Counted from the first letter of the stretch, positions 28,355-38,932 are shown. The stretch is 64,000 nt of DNA from Deltaproteobacteria bacterium (GCA_023265595.1 JAHFSU010000002.1:21105-85104), one strand, 5' to 3'. The notes: generated from the sequence alone by a model not told the origin. Program-made: numbers and translations.

Positions 28355-28972
28355 TTAAGGGGTTTGAAACAAAATGAGAAATTCCCTATTTCCATCGGCG
28401 CCGGAAATAGGGGACGAAGTGACGCCGAGACATTCCCACCCCTCTTGAAGTCCGGCCTCTTGAATCTGCGTGACAGCCCATTCATGAAGTTTGGGGTCAT
28501 GGACAATCCCCCCTTTTTCGACTTGGGTTTTGGCCACTTCAAACTGCGGCTTGATCAAGGCGATGATTTTTGCGTCGGGGGCCAAAAAAGGCCTCAAAAC
28601 CGGAAAAACTTTTTTGAGCGAGATGAAAGAGAGGTCGAGGGTTGCCAGTTCAATCGGCTCTTGAATTTTCTCTTTTTTTAAGGCGCGGATATTTTGCCTC
28701 TCGATGACGACAACTTTAGGGTTTTGGCGAAGAGGCCACGCCAGTTGCCCGTAGCCGACATCAACCGCATAGACTTTTTGAGCGCCGTGCTGCAACAGGC
28801 AATCGGTAAAACCACCGGTCGAGGCGCCGATATCGATGCAAATTTTATTTGATGGATCGACCTTGAATTCTTTTAAAGCCTGCTCCAGCTTCAAACCGCC
28901 GCGGCTCACATATTTTTTTTGAGCCTTCTTAGCACGAAGCTCTTCCGCAATTTGCGCAAGCGTTTTTTTCAC
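28355..28972 (-). CDS. TlyA-family FtsJ-like rRNA 2'-O-methyltransferase lacking the N-terminal S4 domain
   Basis: …YVSRGGLKLEQAL…IDIGASTGGFTDCLLQHGAQKVYAVDVGYGQLAW… matches TlyA. It is only 205 aa, and the YVSRGG block sits at residue 22 instead of ~65. Confidence 0.7.
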   Translation of the reverse strand: MKKTLAQIAEELRAKKAQKKYVSRGGLKLEQALKEFKVDPSNKICIDIGASTGGFTDCLLQHGAQKVYAVDVGYGQLAWPLRQNPKVVVIERQNIRALKKEKIQEPIELATLDLSFISLKKVFPVLRPFLAPDAKIIALIKPQFEVAKTQVEKGGIVHDPKLHEWAVTQIQEAGLQEGWECLGVTSSPISGADGNREFLILFQTP

Positions 28973-29421
28973 TTCTTCTTTTTAAGCTGTTTTTGAACTT
29001 CTTCGAGATATTTGAGGTCCTCCAAATCGACATTCCTGCCTGCGGCCTTTTTCATTTTAATCAAATCTTCCAGGGAAGAAAAATAAACAGTTTCATCACA
29101 TAACTTTAAAGGCACTTTGTTTTGCCATAAAGTCTCAAACCGGACTCCCGCCGCAAAGGGATGGATATCCAATTCCAAGATATACTTTCTGAAAAGAATT
29201 TTTTTTTGGAGAGCCTCTTCAACGGTAGTATCCTGTAAATCATACCCAACGTTTTGTAACGCTTTAAAAAGACGTTCGACATTTTCACGTGTGGGTTCTA
29301 CGAAAATGTCTAAGTCTTTAGTGGTGCGAACAAGACCATGCGCAATCACTGCAGCACCTCCAATGATGACAAAATTAACATTATTTTCTTTTAACGATTT
29401 GAGGAGTTGTTTGGTGTCCAT
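28969..29421 (-). CDS. Small nucleotidyltransferase-fold protein (minimal NTase-like; h-G-G…D-x-D motif)
   Basis: 150 aa. VIIGGAAVIAHGLVRTTKDLDIFV resembles the GS/GG…DxD core of pol-β-superfamily minimal NTases. It is wedged between lon and tlyA with a 4-nt overlap. Confidence 0.4.
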   Translation of the reverse strand: MDTKQLLKSLKENNVNFVIIGGAAVIAHGLVRTTKDLDIFVEPTRENVERLFKALQNVGYDLQDTTVEEALQKKILFRKYILELDIHPFAAGVRFETLWQNKVPLKLCDETVYFSSLEDLIKMKKAAGRNVDLEDLKYLEEVQKQLKKKK

Positions 29422-29573
29422 GCAATTTGTAAAACCAAGTTAACATATCTATATTCCACGCCAACCATCTTCTAAGACGCTCTTCCGGATTCTCCGTCAA
29501 CGCACACTTCACCTCGAACTCCAGCTCTTTTTGGGGATCGTCTTTTGCGAGTTTCAAGAGGGCCATATCTATT

Positions 29574-32018
29574 TTAATGTTTCATCACAATCGGGGCTTC
29601 GGCGGAAGCCCCCTTTTTGACAGGGGGCGGCGTCGACGGCTTTGAGGCAATCCCCTTGAAAAGCCGATCGGGATCATCCAACACCAAGGCCGTTCTCAAA
29701 ACGGCATCCATATGCTCCACCGGTACAATCTGCAAATCTTTCAGGATTTTTTTCGGAATCTCTTTCAAATCTTTTTCATTTTCGATCGGGATAATCACGG
29801 TCTGAATCTGCCCCCGATGTGCCGCAAAAAGTTTTTCCTTCAAACCGCCGATCGGTAAGACCCTTCCGCGCAGTGTGATTTCACCAGTCATCGCCACATC
29901 GCGACGGACCGGAATTTTGGTCAGCGCCGAAACAATCGCGGTCGCCATCGTGATGCCGGCCGACGGCCCATCTTTAGGGATGGCCCCTTCGGGCAAGTGG
30001 ATATGGATATCGACTTTTTGATAAAATTCGCGGCCCAAGCCCAAGGCCTCCGCACGTGTCCGGACATAACTCATTGCGGCCTGCGCCGATTCCTGCATCA
30101 CATCGCCCAATTTTCCGGTCACGGTCAATTTTCCTTTTCCGGGCATGACAGTTACTTCGGTCGTCAGTAATTCGCCGCCGACTTCGGTCCAAGCCAAACC
30201 GGTGGTGATCCCCATCTGGTCGGTCTCTTCCGCCAGACCATAACGAAATTTGGGCACCCCGAGATATTCGGTCACTTTGGCCGGAGTCACCTTAATCGCT
30301 TTTCCATTTATCTTCGTCTGTTTCATCACCACATCTTTCGCCAGCTTGCGCAAAATAGAAGCGATCTCTCTTTCCAAATTACGCACCCCCGCTTCGCGGG
30401 TGTAGCGGCGAATGATTAACCTAACGGCCGAGTCGGTAAACTGGATATCTTTTTCCAAAAGCCCGTTGGCCTCGCACTGTTTGCGAATCAGATATTTTCT
30501 CGCAATGTGGAGTTTTTCTTCTTCGGTGTAGCCGGGGAGACGGATGATCTCCATTCTGTCTTGCAACGGCAGAGGGATGGCCGGCAATGTGTTGGCGGTT
30601 GTGATGAACATCACATGGCTCAAATCGTAATCGAGATCGAGATAATGATCGTTGAACGCGCAGTTTTGTTCCGGATCGAGCACTTCGAGAAGCGCCGCGG
30701 AAGGATCGCCCCTAAAATCCATACTCATCTTGTCGACCTCGTCGAGCAAAAAGAGAGGATTGTTGGAATTGGCCTTGCGCAACGATTGAATCACCTTGCC
30801 CGGAAGGGCACCGATGTAGGTTCTCCGGTGGCCGCGGATCTCGGCCTCATCGCGCACACCGCCCAGAGAGAGCCGGACAAATTTGCGCCCCATGGCCCTT
30901 GCAATCGATTTTCCGAGAGAAGTTTTCCCAACCCCCGGAGGGCCCACAAAACAGAGGATCGGCCCTTTGACTTTTCCCATAAGCTGACAGACAGCCAGAT
31001 ATTCCAAGATTCTTTCTTTGGGCTGTTTCAAACCGTAGTGGTCTTCATCGAGAATTTTTTCGGCCTCTTTCAAGTCAAGTTTGTCCTGCGTATTTTCTCC
31101 CCACGGCAGAGACAAAATCCAGTCGAGATAATTTCGGACCACCGTCGCCTCGGCCGACATCGGCGACATCATCTTCAGTTTTTTGAGTTCCTGCTTGCAA
31201 CGGTTCAAAGCTTCCGCGGAGAGTTTCTTCTTTTTCATCTTCTCTTCGAGTTCTTGAATCTCCGTTTTAAATTCGTCCCGCTCGCCCAATTCTTTCTGGA
31301 TCGCCTGCATCTGTTCATTGAGATAGTATTCGCGTTGGGTCTTCTCCATCTGTTTTTTCACGCGGGTCCGGATTCGTTTTTCAACCTGTAAAATCTCGAT
31401 TTCGGACTGCATCATCCCGAGCAATTTTTCGAGACGCTCCGATGGGGAGATGATTTCCAAAATTTGCTGTTTGTCGGAAAGTTTTAAAGAGAGGTGCGCC
31501 ACAATTGTATCGGCCAACCTTGCCGGATCATCGATTGAAGAGACGGAGGCAAGCATTTCGGGCGGGATTCTCTTGTTCAGTTTGACATATTGTTCAAACG
31601 TGGTTTTGACCCCGCGCATCAGCGCTTCGAGTTCGATCGTCTTGTCCAACGTTTCATCAATCGCTTCGGCCTCCACCAAAAAATAGGTTGGGTTTGGCAA
31701 AAATTGTTGGATGCGGGCCCGTCTTTTCCCTTCGATCAAGACTTTGACGGTCCCGTCGGGGAGGCGAAGGAGCTGGATGATCGACGCCAATGTCCCGATT
31801 TTATAAACATCATCGGGCTTGGGATCGTTGGTTTTCGCATTCACCTGAGCGGCCAGTAGAATATCCTTCTCTTTATTCATCGCCTCTTCCAAAGCGGCGA
31901 TCGATTTTTCACGCCCGACAAAGAGGGGGACCACCATGTACGGAAAAACCACAATATCTCTGAGCGGCAACAGCGGAATAACCAACCCTTCTTTTTTGGG
32001 AACCAGATCTCCGGGCAT
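29574..32018 (-). CDS. lon: ATP-dependent Lon protease
   Basis: Full Lon architecture: N-domain, AAA+ (GPPGVGKTS) and S16 protease domain (…[17 protein letters not shown]…). Start chosen at [11 protein letters not shown]. Confidence 0.95.
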   Translation of the reverse strand: MPGDLVPKKEGLVIPLLPLRDIVVFPYMVVPLFVGREKSIAALEEAMNKEKDILLAAQVNAKTNDPKPDDVYKIGTLASIIQLLRLPDGTVKVLIEGKRRARIQQFLPNPTYFLVEAEAIDETLDKTIELEALMRGVKTTFEQYVKLNKRIPPEMLASVSSIDDPARLADTIVAHLSLKLSDKQQILEIISPSERLEKLLGMMQSEIEILQVEKRIRTRVKKQMEKTQREYYLNEQMQAIQKELGERDEFKTEIQELEEKMKKKKLSAEALNRCKQELKKLKMMSPMSAEATVVRNYLDWILSLPWGENTQDKLDLKEAEKILDEDHYGLKQPKERILEYLAVCQLMGKVKGPILCFVGPPGVGKTSLGKSIARAMGRKFVRLSLGGVRDEAEIRGHRRTYIGALPGKVIQSLRKANSNNPLFLLDEVDKMSMDFRGDPSAALLEVLDPEQNCAFNDHYLDLDYDLSHVMFITTANTLPAIPLPLQDRMEIIRLPGYTEEEKLHIARKYLIRKQCEANGLLEKDIQFTDSAVRLIIRRYTREAGVRNLEREIASILRKLAKDVVMKQTKINGKAIKVTPAKVTEYLGVPKFRYGLAEETDQMGITTGLAWTEVGGELLTTEVTVMPGKGKLTVTGKLGDVMQESAQAAMSYVRTRAEALGLGREFYQKVDIHIHLPEGAIPKDGPSAGITMATAIVSALTKIPVRRDVAMTGEITLRGRVLPIGGLKEKLFAAHRGQIQTVIIPIENEKDLKEIPKKILKDLQIVPVEHMDAVLRTALVLDDPDRLFKGIASKPSTPPPVKKGASAEAPIVMKH

Positions 32019-32074
32019 ATTTTCTCCTTTTTTTTTACAGATCGTGTTTCGTCTTTCGAAACACGATTCACAAT

Positions 32075-33331
32075 TCACGCACTCTGGGCCTTTTTCTCGT
32101 AAACAACAACCGGTCTTGTCTGCTTGATAATCACATCCTCATTGACAACGACTTCGCGAACTCCTTCCTGAGAGGGAATGTCATACATCACGTCCAACAT
32201 GACATTTTCAAGGATCGCCCGCAAACCGCGGGCTCCGGACTTTTTCCGGATTGCCTCCCTTGCCAGCGCCTCAATGCTGCCCGCCGTGAATTGCAGTTTG
32301 ACCTTCTCGAATTCAAAGAGCCTTTGATATTGTTTAATGAGGGCGTTCCTCGGAAGAGTCAAAATCTTGACGAGCGCTTGCTCATCCAACTCACCCAGCG
32401 TTGCAATAACGGGGAGCCTTCCGATAAATTCCGGGATGAGTCCAAATTTGATCAGGTCTTCGGTTTCCACCTCTCTTAAAACTTCGGAGAGCCTTTTTTC
32501 CCCTCTCGCTTTAAGTTCCGCGCCAAAGCCCAATCGTTTTTGGCCGATCCGTTTTTCAATCACCTCTTCCAAACCGACAAATGTTCCGCCGCAGATAAAA
32601 AGAATGTTGGCGGTATCGATCGGAATATATTCCTGCTGCGGGTGTTTTCTCCCCCCTTTGGGCGGGACATTCGCAACGGTCCCTTCCAAAATTTTAAGCA
32701 ATGCCTGTTGCACCCCTTCGCCCGAGACATCACGCGTGATCGAAGGGTTTTCCGATTTTCTCGAAATTTTGTCGATCTCGTCGATGTAGACAATCCCTCG
32801 TTCACATTTCGCCTTGTCGTAATCGGAGGCTTGCAGCAGATTCAAAATGATATTTTCGACATCTTCGCCGACATAGCCGGCTTCCGTCAGACAGGTTGCG
32901 TCGGCAATCGTGAAAGGGACATTGAGCATGCGCGCCAAAGTCTGGGCCAGCAAGGTTTTGCCGACCCCCGTTGGGCCGATCAGCATGATATTGCTCTTTT
33001 GAAGTTCGACATCGTCTCGACCGTGGGCCCGCGACTCGATTCTTTTATAATGATTGTGGACGGCGACCGATAAAACCCGCTTGGCGTGCTCCTGTCCAAT
33101 GACATATTCATCCAAAAAGGCCTTGATCTCGGAGGGCTTGGGGACACCCAAATGGGAACCGACCTGCCGCGAACGGGAATTTTCCTCGGCGATGATATCA
33201 TTGCAAAGTTCGATACATTCGTCGCAAATATAAACGGTGGGGCCGGCGATGAGTTTTCGGACCTCCCGCTGATTCTTGCCGCAAAAGGAACAGTTCAGAT
33301 TGACCGGATCTTCAATGCCATCCTTAACCAT
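32075..33331 (-). CDS. clpX: ClpX ATP-dependent protease ATP-binding subunit
   Basis: C4 zinc finger (CSFCGK…CDEC). Walker A GPTGVGKT. 418 aa. Confidence 0.95.
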   Translation of the reverse strand: MVKDGIEDPVNLNCSFCGKNQREVRKLIAGPTVYICDECIELCNDIIAEENSRSRQVGSHLGVPKPSEIKAFLDEYVIGQEHAKRVLSVAVHNHYKRIESRAHGRDDVELQKSNIMLIGPTGVGKTLLAQTLARMLNVPFTIADATCLTEAGYVGEDVENIILNLLQASDYDKAKCERGIVYIDEIDKISRKSENPSITRDVSGEGVQQALLKILEGTVANVPPKGGRKHPQQEYIPIDTANILFICGGTFVGLEEVIEKRIGQKRLGFGAELKARGEKRLSEVLREVETEDLIKFGLIPEFIGRLPVIATLGELDEQALVKILTLPRNALIKQYQRLFEFEKVKLQFTAGSIEALAREAIRKKSGARGLRAILENVMLDVMYDIPSQEGVREVVVNEDVIIKQTRPVVVYEKKAQSA

Positions 33332-33959
33332 GGGAACCTCCGATCGATTGAATCGTCTTTTTCAACTTTTCCTGATCGCGCCGATAGGTCAAGACATCAT
33401 CAATAAGTCCGTAGGCTTTTGCCTCCAACGCACTCATAAAAAAATCACGATCCGTATCGCCCTGAATTTTGGTTAACGGCTGATTCGTATGGTGGACTAA
33501 AATTTCATTGAGTTTTTCGCGCATCCTCAAAATTTCTTTGGCTTGAATATCGATATCGGAGGCCTGCCCCTGAAACCCACCGAGCGGTTGATGGATCATG
33601 ATCCGGGCATGAGGGAGGGAAAAACGCTTTCCCGGAGTGCCGGCCGACAGCAAAAGCGCCCCCATTGAAGCGGCTTGTCCCACGCAAAAGGTCGCAATAG
33701 GAGGTTTTATATATTGCATCGTATCGTAAATGGCCAAGCCGGCGGTAACCACCCCACCCGGGCAGTTAATATAGATGAAAATATCCTTGTCGGGGTCTTC
33801 CGATTCCAAAAAGAGGAGTTGGGCGATAACAAGACTCGAAATTTCGTCTGTAATGGGGCAACCAATGAAAATGATTCGTTCTTTTAAGAGTCTGGAGTAG
33901 ATATCATAGGCCCGCTCCCCTCTTCCACTCTGCTCGATAACCATCGGAATTAGGTTCAT
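33324..33959 (-). CDS. clpP: ClpP protease proteolytic subunit
   Basis: Catalytic-triad context (…[11 protein letters not shown]…HARIMIHQP…). 211 aa. Confidence 0.95.
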   Translation of the reverse strand: MNLIPMVIEQSGRGERAYDIYSRLLKERIIFIGCPITDEISSLVIAQLLFLESEDPDKDIFIYINCPGGVVTAGLAIYDTMQYIKPPIATFCVGQAASMGALLLSAGTPGKRFSLPHARIMIHQPLGGFQGQASDIDIQAKEILRMREKLNEILVHHTNQPLTKIQGDTDRDFFMSALEAKAYGLIDDVLTYRRDQEKLKKTIQSIGGSHG

Positions 33960-33986
33960 ATTTACCCCTTTTTGACTGAATTTTTA

Positions 33987-35303
33987 CTATTTTTTCTCTT
34001 TTTTTGGCTTCACTATCTTGATTTTAGCTTCATTGAGCAAAAACTCAAGGGCTTTTTCATGAATAATGCGAGTTTTTAAACTGGGTAGGAGCCGATTTTT
34101 TTCGTAGTGGGTCCGCACTTCCTCAAAAGGACGGTTTATATTGGTCGCAATGGCCTTTAGGCGATTTTCCACTTCGGCATCGGTTGCCTCCATTTTTTCT
34201 TCATGGGCCACCTTGTCCAAAACTAAAAAGCCCCGCACTCTGAACTCGGCTTCCGGTTTGTAATGTTTGATCACCTCTTCGGGATTTAAATCTTCCAACT
34301 TTTGCCCCCGTTTTTTTAGTTCGGCGGTCAATTCTTCGAGCATGTGGGCCAATTCAGAGTTGGCCAACGATTCCGGAATTTCAAATTTTACCTTTTCGAC
34401 CAACTGTTTCAAAATTGCATTATAGAGAACTCCTTTTTGCTGCGATTCTTTCGCCTGCACAATTCTTTTGGAAAGGTCCTCTTTGACCTCTTTCAAACTT
34501 TTGTAGTCTCCCACATCTTTGGCAAAATCGTCGTCGAGTTTTGGGACATTTTTTTTCCGAATATCTTTGACTTTTACTTTGAACTCGGCCTTTTTTCCGG
34601 CCAAATCTTTATTGAAATAATCGGTGGGATAACTAAAATGAATCTCTTTTTCCTCTCCGGTTTTGGCGCCTGTCAAAGCCTTTTCAAATTCGGGGAGAAG
34701 ACCGCCTGCCCCAAGCTCCACCAAAAAATCTTTTGCCTCTCCTTCTTTATATTCCTTTCCTTCTATCAAACCTTTGAAATCGATGGTAGCCACGTGCCCT
34801 GCCGCCAGCGCCGTTTCAGTCGGCAAAGGCTCCAGTTGTGTCATCGCCTGTTGCAAACGGAGCAATTCTTGATCGACTTCCGTCGTCTCTGCCGTCACCT
34901 CTGTTTTTTCCAATTTCAATCCTTTGTAATCTTTTTCTTTCACCGTGATTTCCGGCAAAATTTCAAATAGGGCGGAATAGGAGATGCCGCCCATTGCGGT
35001 AGAAAGCCCCGGCTCAATTTCCGGACGCGAGATAGGAGTCAGTTGTGATTGTTGCAATGCAGTCAAAAGAGTCAGATCGACAACTTTTTCCATCATCTGA
35101 TGTTTAATTTCATGCGCAAAACGCTGTTCGATAATTTGCGGCGGAACGTGTCCCGGCCTAAAACCTTCCACCTTTGCCGCTTTCTGCAATTCTTTCATAG
35201 CAAGCATCCGCGCTTCAGCCACAACATCGGCATCGACTTCTACTTTAAGACGTTTTTTTACAGAACTGACATCTTCGATGAGTGTTTTCATTTTTGTCTG
35301 CAC
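33987..35303 (-). CDS. tig: Trigger factor
   Basis: 438 aa. Canonical position upstream of clpP-clpX-lon. N-terminal ribosome-binding-domain pattern. Confidence 0.9.
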   Translation of the reverse strand: MQTKMKTLIEDVSSVKKRLKVEVDADVVAEARMLAMKELQKAAKVEGFRPGHVPPQIIEQRFAHEIKHQMMEKVVDLTLLTALQQSQLTPISRPEIEPGLSTAMGGISYSALFEILPEITVKEKDYKGLKLEKTEVTAETTEVDQELLRLQQAMTQLEPLPTETALAAGHVATIDFKGLIEGKEYKEGEAKDFLVELGAGGLLPEFEKALTGAKTGEEKEIHFSYPTDYFNKDLAGKKAEFKVKVKDIRKKNVPKLDDDFAKDVGDYKSLKEVKEDLSKRIVQAKESQQKGVLYNAILKQLVEKVKFEIPESLANSELAHMLEELTAELKKRGQKLEDLNPEEVIKHYKPEAEFRVRGFLVLDKVAHEEKMEATDAEVENRLKAIATNINRPFEEVRTHYEKNRLLPSLKTRIIHEKALEFLLNEAKIKIVKPKKEKK

Positions 35304-35806
35304 AACAGAGGTCTTAAAATCACAATGAGGAGACCGAAGGAGAGCCCGAAGACAAGATGAAGCAAAATGGAAACCGGTTTTGGGAGCAAATAAGTCATCG
35401 CCTCATTGAACGAAGGCATAAACATGGACGACCAAAAGAGCCAAACAGCCAACCCGCCCAAAGCCCCCATCAAAAGGAGTACCCGTTTGCGTGTCCACTC
35501 GGCGACGAATTGCGCAAAGACAAAACCGAAAAGGGCCGAAAGGGCGATGTGTGTCATAAGCCCCGCCAGACCGCCCGAGTTGAAAGCACCGGCATCCAAC
35601 GCATGCTGTCCCACCCACGAAAAGCCGATCAACTTAAACGGATAACCGGCTTCCCGATAGATATAATGAATCGAAAAAAAAGAACCCAACCCGATGGCGA
35701 TGAATCCGGCGCCGATACCCGATAGGATGCCGGTCAATATCCAGCGGGGTTCAAACCGGGTCCAGATATGAGAAACGTCATTTTTAGTTTGTGCAATTTC
35801 TGGCAT
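35288..35806 (-). CDS. Hypothetical integral membrane protein (5-6 TM)
   Basis: 172 aa, strongly hydrophobic. Overlaps the tig start by 16 nt. Confidence 0.5.
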   Translation of the reverse strand: MPEIAQTKNDVSHIWTRFEPRWILTGILSGIGAGFIAIGLGSFFSIHYIYREAGYPFKLIGFSWVGQHALDAGAFNSGGLAGLMTHIALSALFGFVFAQFVAEWTRKRVLLLMGALGGLAVWLFWSSMFMPSFNEAMTYLLPKPVSILLHLVFGLSFGLLIVILRPLLCRQK

Positions 35807-35817
35807 AAAAGCACTCC

Positions 35818-38052
35818 TTAATGATCATAATTAATTATCGGGTTCAAGGGGAATTTTTCCTCTGCCAGCTCTGCTTCTATTTCCTCGGCAATACGTTGCT
35901 TTTCCAATGCAAGGAAGAAATCATCTGCACGGTGAACTTTTTGACTTTGCCTCGTTACGAAGGACCTAAGTTCATCAACGATAATCTTTAAGTATATTTC
36001 TATTTCTTTTCTTTTATCCTTTATCCCCATCCAACTCACAATAAACTTTAATTGATGTATTCTCTCCCCCGGGTGAATATTCACAATATGTGGAAACTGG
36101 CGGGCGGCAGTCGCCGCCTTCATCTGAATATCCAATGGGAGTTCAATACGCCGATCTTCCGAATCAAATCCGGGAAGGAGTTCCGAAATATGAAAATTGG
36201 CTGTCTTTGCCGCAAGGTGATCATCAGCCATGGCCTTTAAAATAGCCTCTTTTTCTTCTTCTAAAAAAGGGCTCTCAGTATGCGACAATCGCATCTTGAA
36301 ATATTCCTTCAAAATATAAGCGCTAAAGAGATAAGCACCCCGCTCCGCAAGAATAGACGAGCGATTCCCGGCTGGAAAAAACCCGCTCAAATTTTTGTAT
36401 CCATCCATGTTGTGAAAGATCTCATGAGCCAAAATCTGCAATCTTTCGTAAAAAGGTTTCAAAAAACCATTTTGAGGATTGGCGTACTCGACTTCTATAT
36501 TTTTAAAAAGCGCTCTCGCAAAGCCGGCCGCACCTTCTATTTTCAGCGTCGAATCCAGCGCCACCGTATCCACCGATTGAACCGCCAAATCATAAACAGG
36601 AACACCTCGGTAAGCAATTTCTTTTAAAACATCCAATTCACTTTCCAAAGGATTGTCGGAGCGGGGGTAGGCTTCGAACGGCACAACCAGACGTCCCTTT
36701 TTGAAGACATCGGCCCAATGAGCCGGCTCCGGCTTGGTCCAGAGAATATCATCGGGCAAAACTTTTTCGTGATAAAGATTTGCTGATTGGGCCAATAGAT
36801 CAGAGACGCCAAAAGGAATTTTGGCAGATTTAGCATCAAAAATATAATGGCCCATAAACATATTAAAGAAAAAATCATTCTGACATTGGTTCAGGGCGGA
36901 GCCGCCGCGTTCCAACTCCAACCGGATCGATTCAGAAATAGCGCTCAAAAAATCATTGCGGACTTTGTAGTTGTCGAGACGGCTCTCGGTTTCAAAGGCT
37001 CGTCGCGCAGCAACAAAAGGCTTTTTAATCTTATCCAACAGATCGGGGGTCCATTTATCTTTGTAGGCTTGTTGGAACATCGAAATAAGGGAATCGATCA
37101 TTGCAATTTCACCTTGAGTTTGTGTGAATCCCCTCACCCCCAACTCCACAAAAAAAGCGTACGATTTCAAAAAGTGCTGAACCCTCTCTTCAGAATTTTG
37201 CGCATTCCTCCCTTCTAAAAAAAGATTTTTGGAAAATTCGATAAGTTCTGGATCGTTCAATTTGGGCAAAACCTCCAAATATTCCGGAGAAAGGCCGCGC
37301 GCCATCAGGGCCGTTTTGTATTCTTCCCGATATTTTTGATGATATTCCCTTGCAACCTTTACGATCTCTTCTTCAGAAAATCGCGACCGGAAATATTGGT
37401 TCACTACGAGACCGTTTTTCCAATCTCCATCGTCAAAAAGCAAAACTTCTCCATCAAAACTTTTCAAAAACTGCAGGGTATTAGAATGACCCATTTCAAA
37501 CATTTCTTGCAGAGAAGGATTCTCTTTTTCTATGCGGTAGATCAAACCACGGGATTGGGAATTGAGATCGGGGGCCGCCAAAATAGAGAGCCGCCTGATT
37601 TCGGGCCGATCGGCTTGGGCCAGATATTCGGGATTTTCAAATGCGATTCGCTCAATAGCTTTGAGCCAATTTTTGAGAGATAAAAAGGCCGTCAAATCAG
37701 CGACAGGGGCCTCGTGCGATTTTTCATCATAACGAAAGACCCTTGCCTCCAGCTCTTTCAGATGGATCAACAATTCCGGAATACTTAAATTGCGGACTTG
37801 CGCCTCAAAGGCCTCGGCAGTGGCATAAAGCTGCGGGTATTTTACGGCAGGAGAATCCGGATGGATGAGATCGACAACGGAGCGGAAGGTATCGATATCT
37901 TTTTTGGCGTCATTGACTTTAGGTTGATGGGCAGTCGGATCCGGATCGGTCTTTTCTAAGGCTAAAGCGATTTGTTTTTCACAAAACGCTCTCGCTTTTT
38001 TACCGGATATTTCAAAAGGCATAAACAATGGCCCCCAAATAGTTATCGGCAC
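35818..38052 (-). CDS. Large hypothetical protein with a single HExxH motif (ILAHEIFHNMDGY…AERGAY); putative gluzincin-type metallopeptidase
   Basis: 744 aa with a GTG start. No signal peptide. An HExxH with a Glu ~20 aa downstream is the only recognisable feature. Confidence 0.5.
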   Translation of the reverse strand: MPITIWGPLFMPFEISGKKARAFCEKQIALALEKTDPDPTAHQPKVNDAKKDIDTFRSVVDLIHPDSPAVKYPQLYATAEAFEAQVRNLSIPELLIHLKELEARVFRYDEKSHEAPVADLTAFLSLKNWLKAIERIAFENPEYLAQADRPEIRRLSILAAPDLNSQSRGLIYRIEKENPSLQEMFEMGHSNTLQFLKSFDGEVLLFDDGDWKNGLVVNQYFRSRFSEEEIVKVAREYHQKYREEYKTALMARGLSPEYLEVLPKLNDPELIEFSKNLFLEGRNAQNSEERVQHFLKSYAFFVELGVRGFTQTQGEIAMIDSLISMFQQAYKDKWTPDLLDKIKKPFVAARRAFETESRLDNYKVRNDFLSAISESIRLELERGGSALNQCQNDFFFNMFMGHYIFDAKSAKIPFGVSDLLAQSANLYHEKVLPDDILWTKPEPAHWADVFKKGRLVVPFEAYPRSDNPLESELDVLKEIAYRGVPVYDLAVQSVDTVALDSTLKIEGAAGFARALFKNIEVEYANPQNGFLKPFYERLQILAHEIFHNMDGYKNLSGFFPAGNRSSILAERGAYLFSAYILKEYFKMRLSHTESPFLEEEKEAILKAMADDHLAAKTANFHISELLPGFDSEDRRIELPLDIQMKAATAARQFPHIVNIHPGERIHQLKFIVSWMGIKDKRKEIEIYLKIIVDELRSFVTRQSQKVHRADDFFLALEKQRIAEEIEAELAEEKFPLNPIINYDH

Positions 38053-38116
38053 TAAGGGGGCCGAAGTTGCGTGCCACCATTTCCAGAATCCGTCACTTAA
38101 ATTTTTCTTACTTTTT

Positions 38117-38146
38117 CCCCTCCCTTGATGGGAGGGGGAATTTTTG
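38117..38146. repeat. GC-rich hairpin (CCCCTCCC-TTGAT-GGGAGGGG) followed by T5; variant of the dispersed hairpin family
   Basis: Seen directly. Shares the CCCTTGATGG core with the 56484-56506 copy. Confidence 0.45.
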
Positions 38147-38165
38147 CTGACGAATTCTGGAAAAT

Positions 38166-38369
38166 CTACATTTCCAACCCGGCTTGTTTTAAAATGGATT
38201 TCAAAAGGCAGGGTCCGATAATTTTTTCACTATGGACAGGAACAGTAACCTTTCGTCCTGTTGCGGGATTTACAAAATGTTGATGGGAACCCATGGAATC
38301 ATAAAGATTAGCGGTAGATTTCTTTTCGATGCCCCACTTTTTCAATCGTGACGGTTTGAGAGGCATCAT
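38166..38369 (-). CDS. hicA: HicA-family toxin homologue (orphan; no hicB found)
   Basis: …SMGSHQHFVNPATGRKVTVPVHSEKIIGPCLLKSILKQAGL matches the HicA consensus (GSHh.F.hP…VtVP.H…gTLksIlKQAGL). Its N-terminus overlaps the 3' end of the RelE-like gene by ~60 nt in another frame. There is no room for hicB downstream. Confidence 0.5.
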   Translation of the reverse strand: MMPLKPSRLKKWGIEKKSTANLYDSMGSHQHFVNPATGRKVTVPVHSEKIIGPCLLKSILKQAGLEM

Positions 38370-38565
38370 CGATAAGATAAACAACACGATAATCACCCTG
38401 TCTGACACGCCAATATGCGTCCCCTTTCAATTTTTCTGCACCTGGCGGTCTTGGATCAAGGGTTAACTGACGGATTTTCATCACCAGTCGTTTTCGATCT
38501 TCTTTGGGGATTGGTTTGAAATCCTTTTCAGCACTTCTCTTGATGATAAGATTATAAGAGGCCAT
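38308..38565 (-). CDS. RelE/ParE-family type II toxin
   Basis: 85 aa with the C-terminal RelE-like block …YRVVYLIDDASQTVTIEKVGHRKEIY. Overlaps the upstream antitoxin by 14 nt. Confidence 0.7.
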   Translation of the reverse strand: MASYNLIIKRSAEKDFKPIPKEDRKRLVMKIRQLTLDPRPPGAEKLKGDAYWRVRQGDYRVVYLIDDASQTVTIEKVGHRKEIYR

Positions 38566-38782
38566 CTTTTTTCATCTGCCCGACAAAGGCCTCGAAGTCG
38601 CGTGTTTTTTCCTCTTTGCGAAGACGGATCGCTTCCAAATCAATGGCATCCTCACGAAGTGCCGCACGAACCGCCTCGTTGACAACTTCAGAAATGGAGC
38701 TGTCATTTTGCACCGCTTTCAACTTTAAAGCTTTATGAAGCTCCGGCTCCAAATAAACCGTAGCTCGCTTGGGATCGCCCAT
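38552..38782 (-). CDS. Ribbon-helix-helix (CopG/ParD-like) antitoxin
   Basis: 76 aa. N-terminal TVYLEPELHKALKLKAVQNDSSISEVVNEAVRAAL is an RHH β-α-α pattern. A palindromic ATAACGTTAT lies in its promoter (38808-38817). Confidence 0.6.
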   Translation of the reverse strand: MGDPKRATVYLEPELHKALKLKAVQNDSSISEVVNEAVRAALREDAIDLEAIRLRKEEKTRDFEAFVGQMKKDGLL

Positions 38783-38843
38783 AAAACCTCCTCATCGTTA
38801 AAGCATCATAACGTTATGACGTTAAAATGTCAAACGTGAAATG

Positions 38844-38925
38844 TGCTCCCGGCAGGATTTGAACCTGCAACCCTTTCGGGACGGCGTTCTAAGCGCCGCG
38901 CGTATGCCAATTCCGCCACAGGAGC
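38844..38925 (-). tRNA. tRNA-Leu (anticodon TAG), type II with a long variable arm
   Basis: Manual fold of the reverse complement. Acceptor GCTCCTG/CGGGAGC + A. Anticodon stem CGGCG/CGCCG with loop CTTAGAA. Variable arm CCCGAAAGGG. T-arm GCAGG-TTCAAAT-CCTGC. 82 nt. Confidence 0.85.
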
Positions 38926-38932
38926 AATCTCG

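Noticed and set aside
29381-29566. 61-aa minus-strand ORF as a confirmed antitoxin gene
   Set aside because: It has no recognisable fold or motif. It is mentioned only as a candidate partner of the NTase-fold gene, not annotated as a feature.
30507-31391. 294-aa plus-strand ORF inside lon
   Set aside because: It is antisense to the highly conserved Lon AAA+ region; a frame artefact.
38061-38078. σ54-like TGGCAC on the minus strand just upstream of the 744-aa gene
   Set aside because: The −24 element is present, but the −12 position reads TTCGG (CG, not GC at the critical dinucleotide). It is only ~10 nt from the GTG start, too close for a promoter.
38117-38146. Hairpin + T5 as the intrinsic terminator of the hicA/relE transcript
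   Set aside because: The U-tract is on the plus-strand side only; on the minus strand, where hicA is transcribed, the hairpin is followed by an A-rich stretch. Kept only as a repeat-family member or possible plus-strand/bidirectional terminator.
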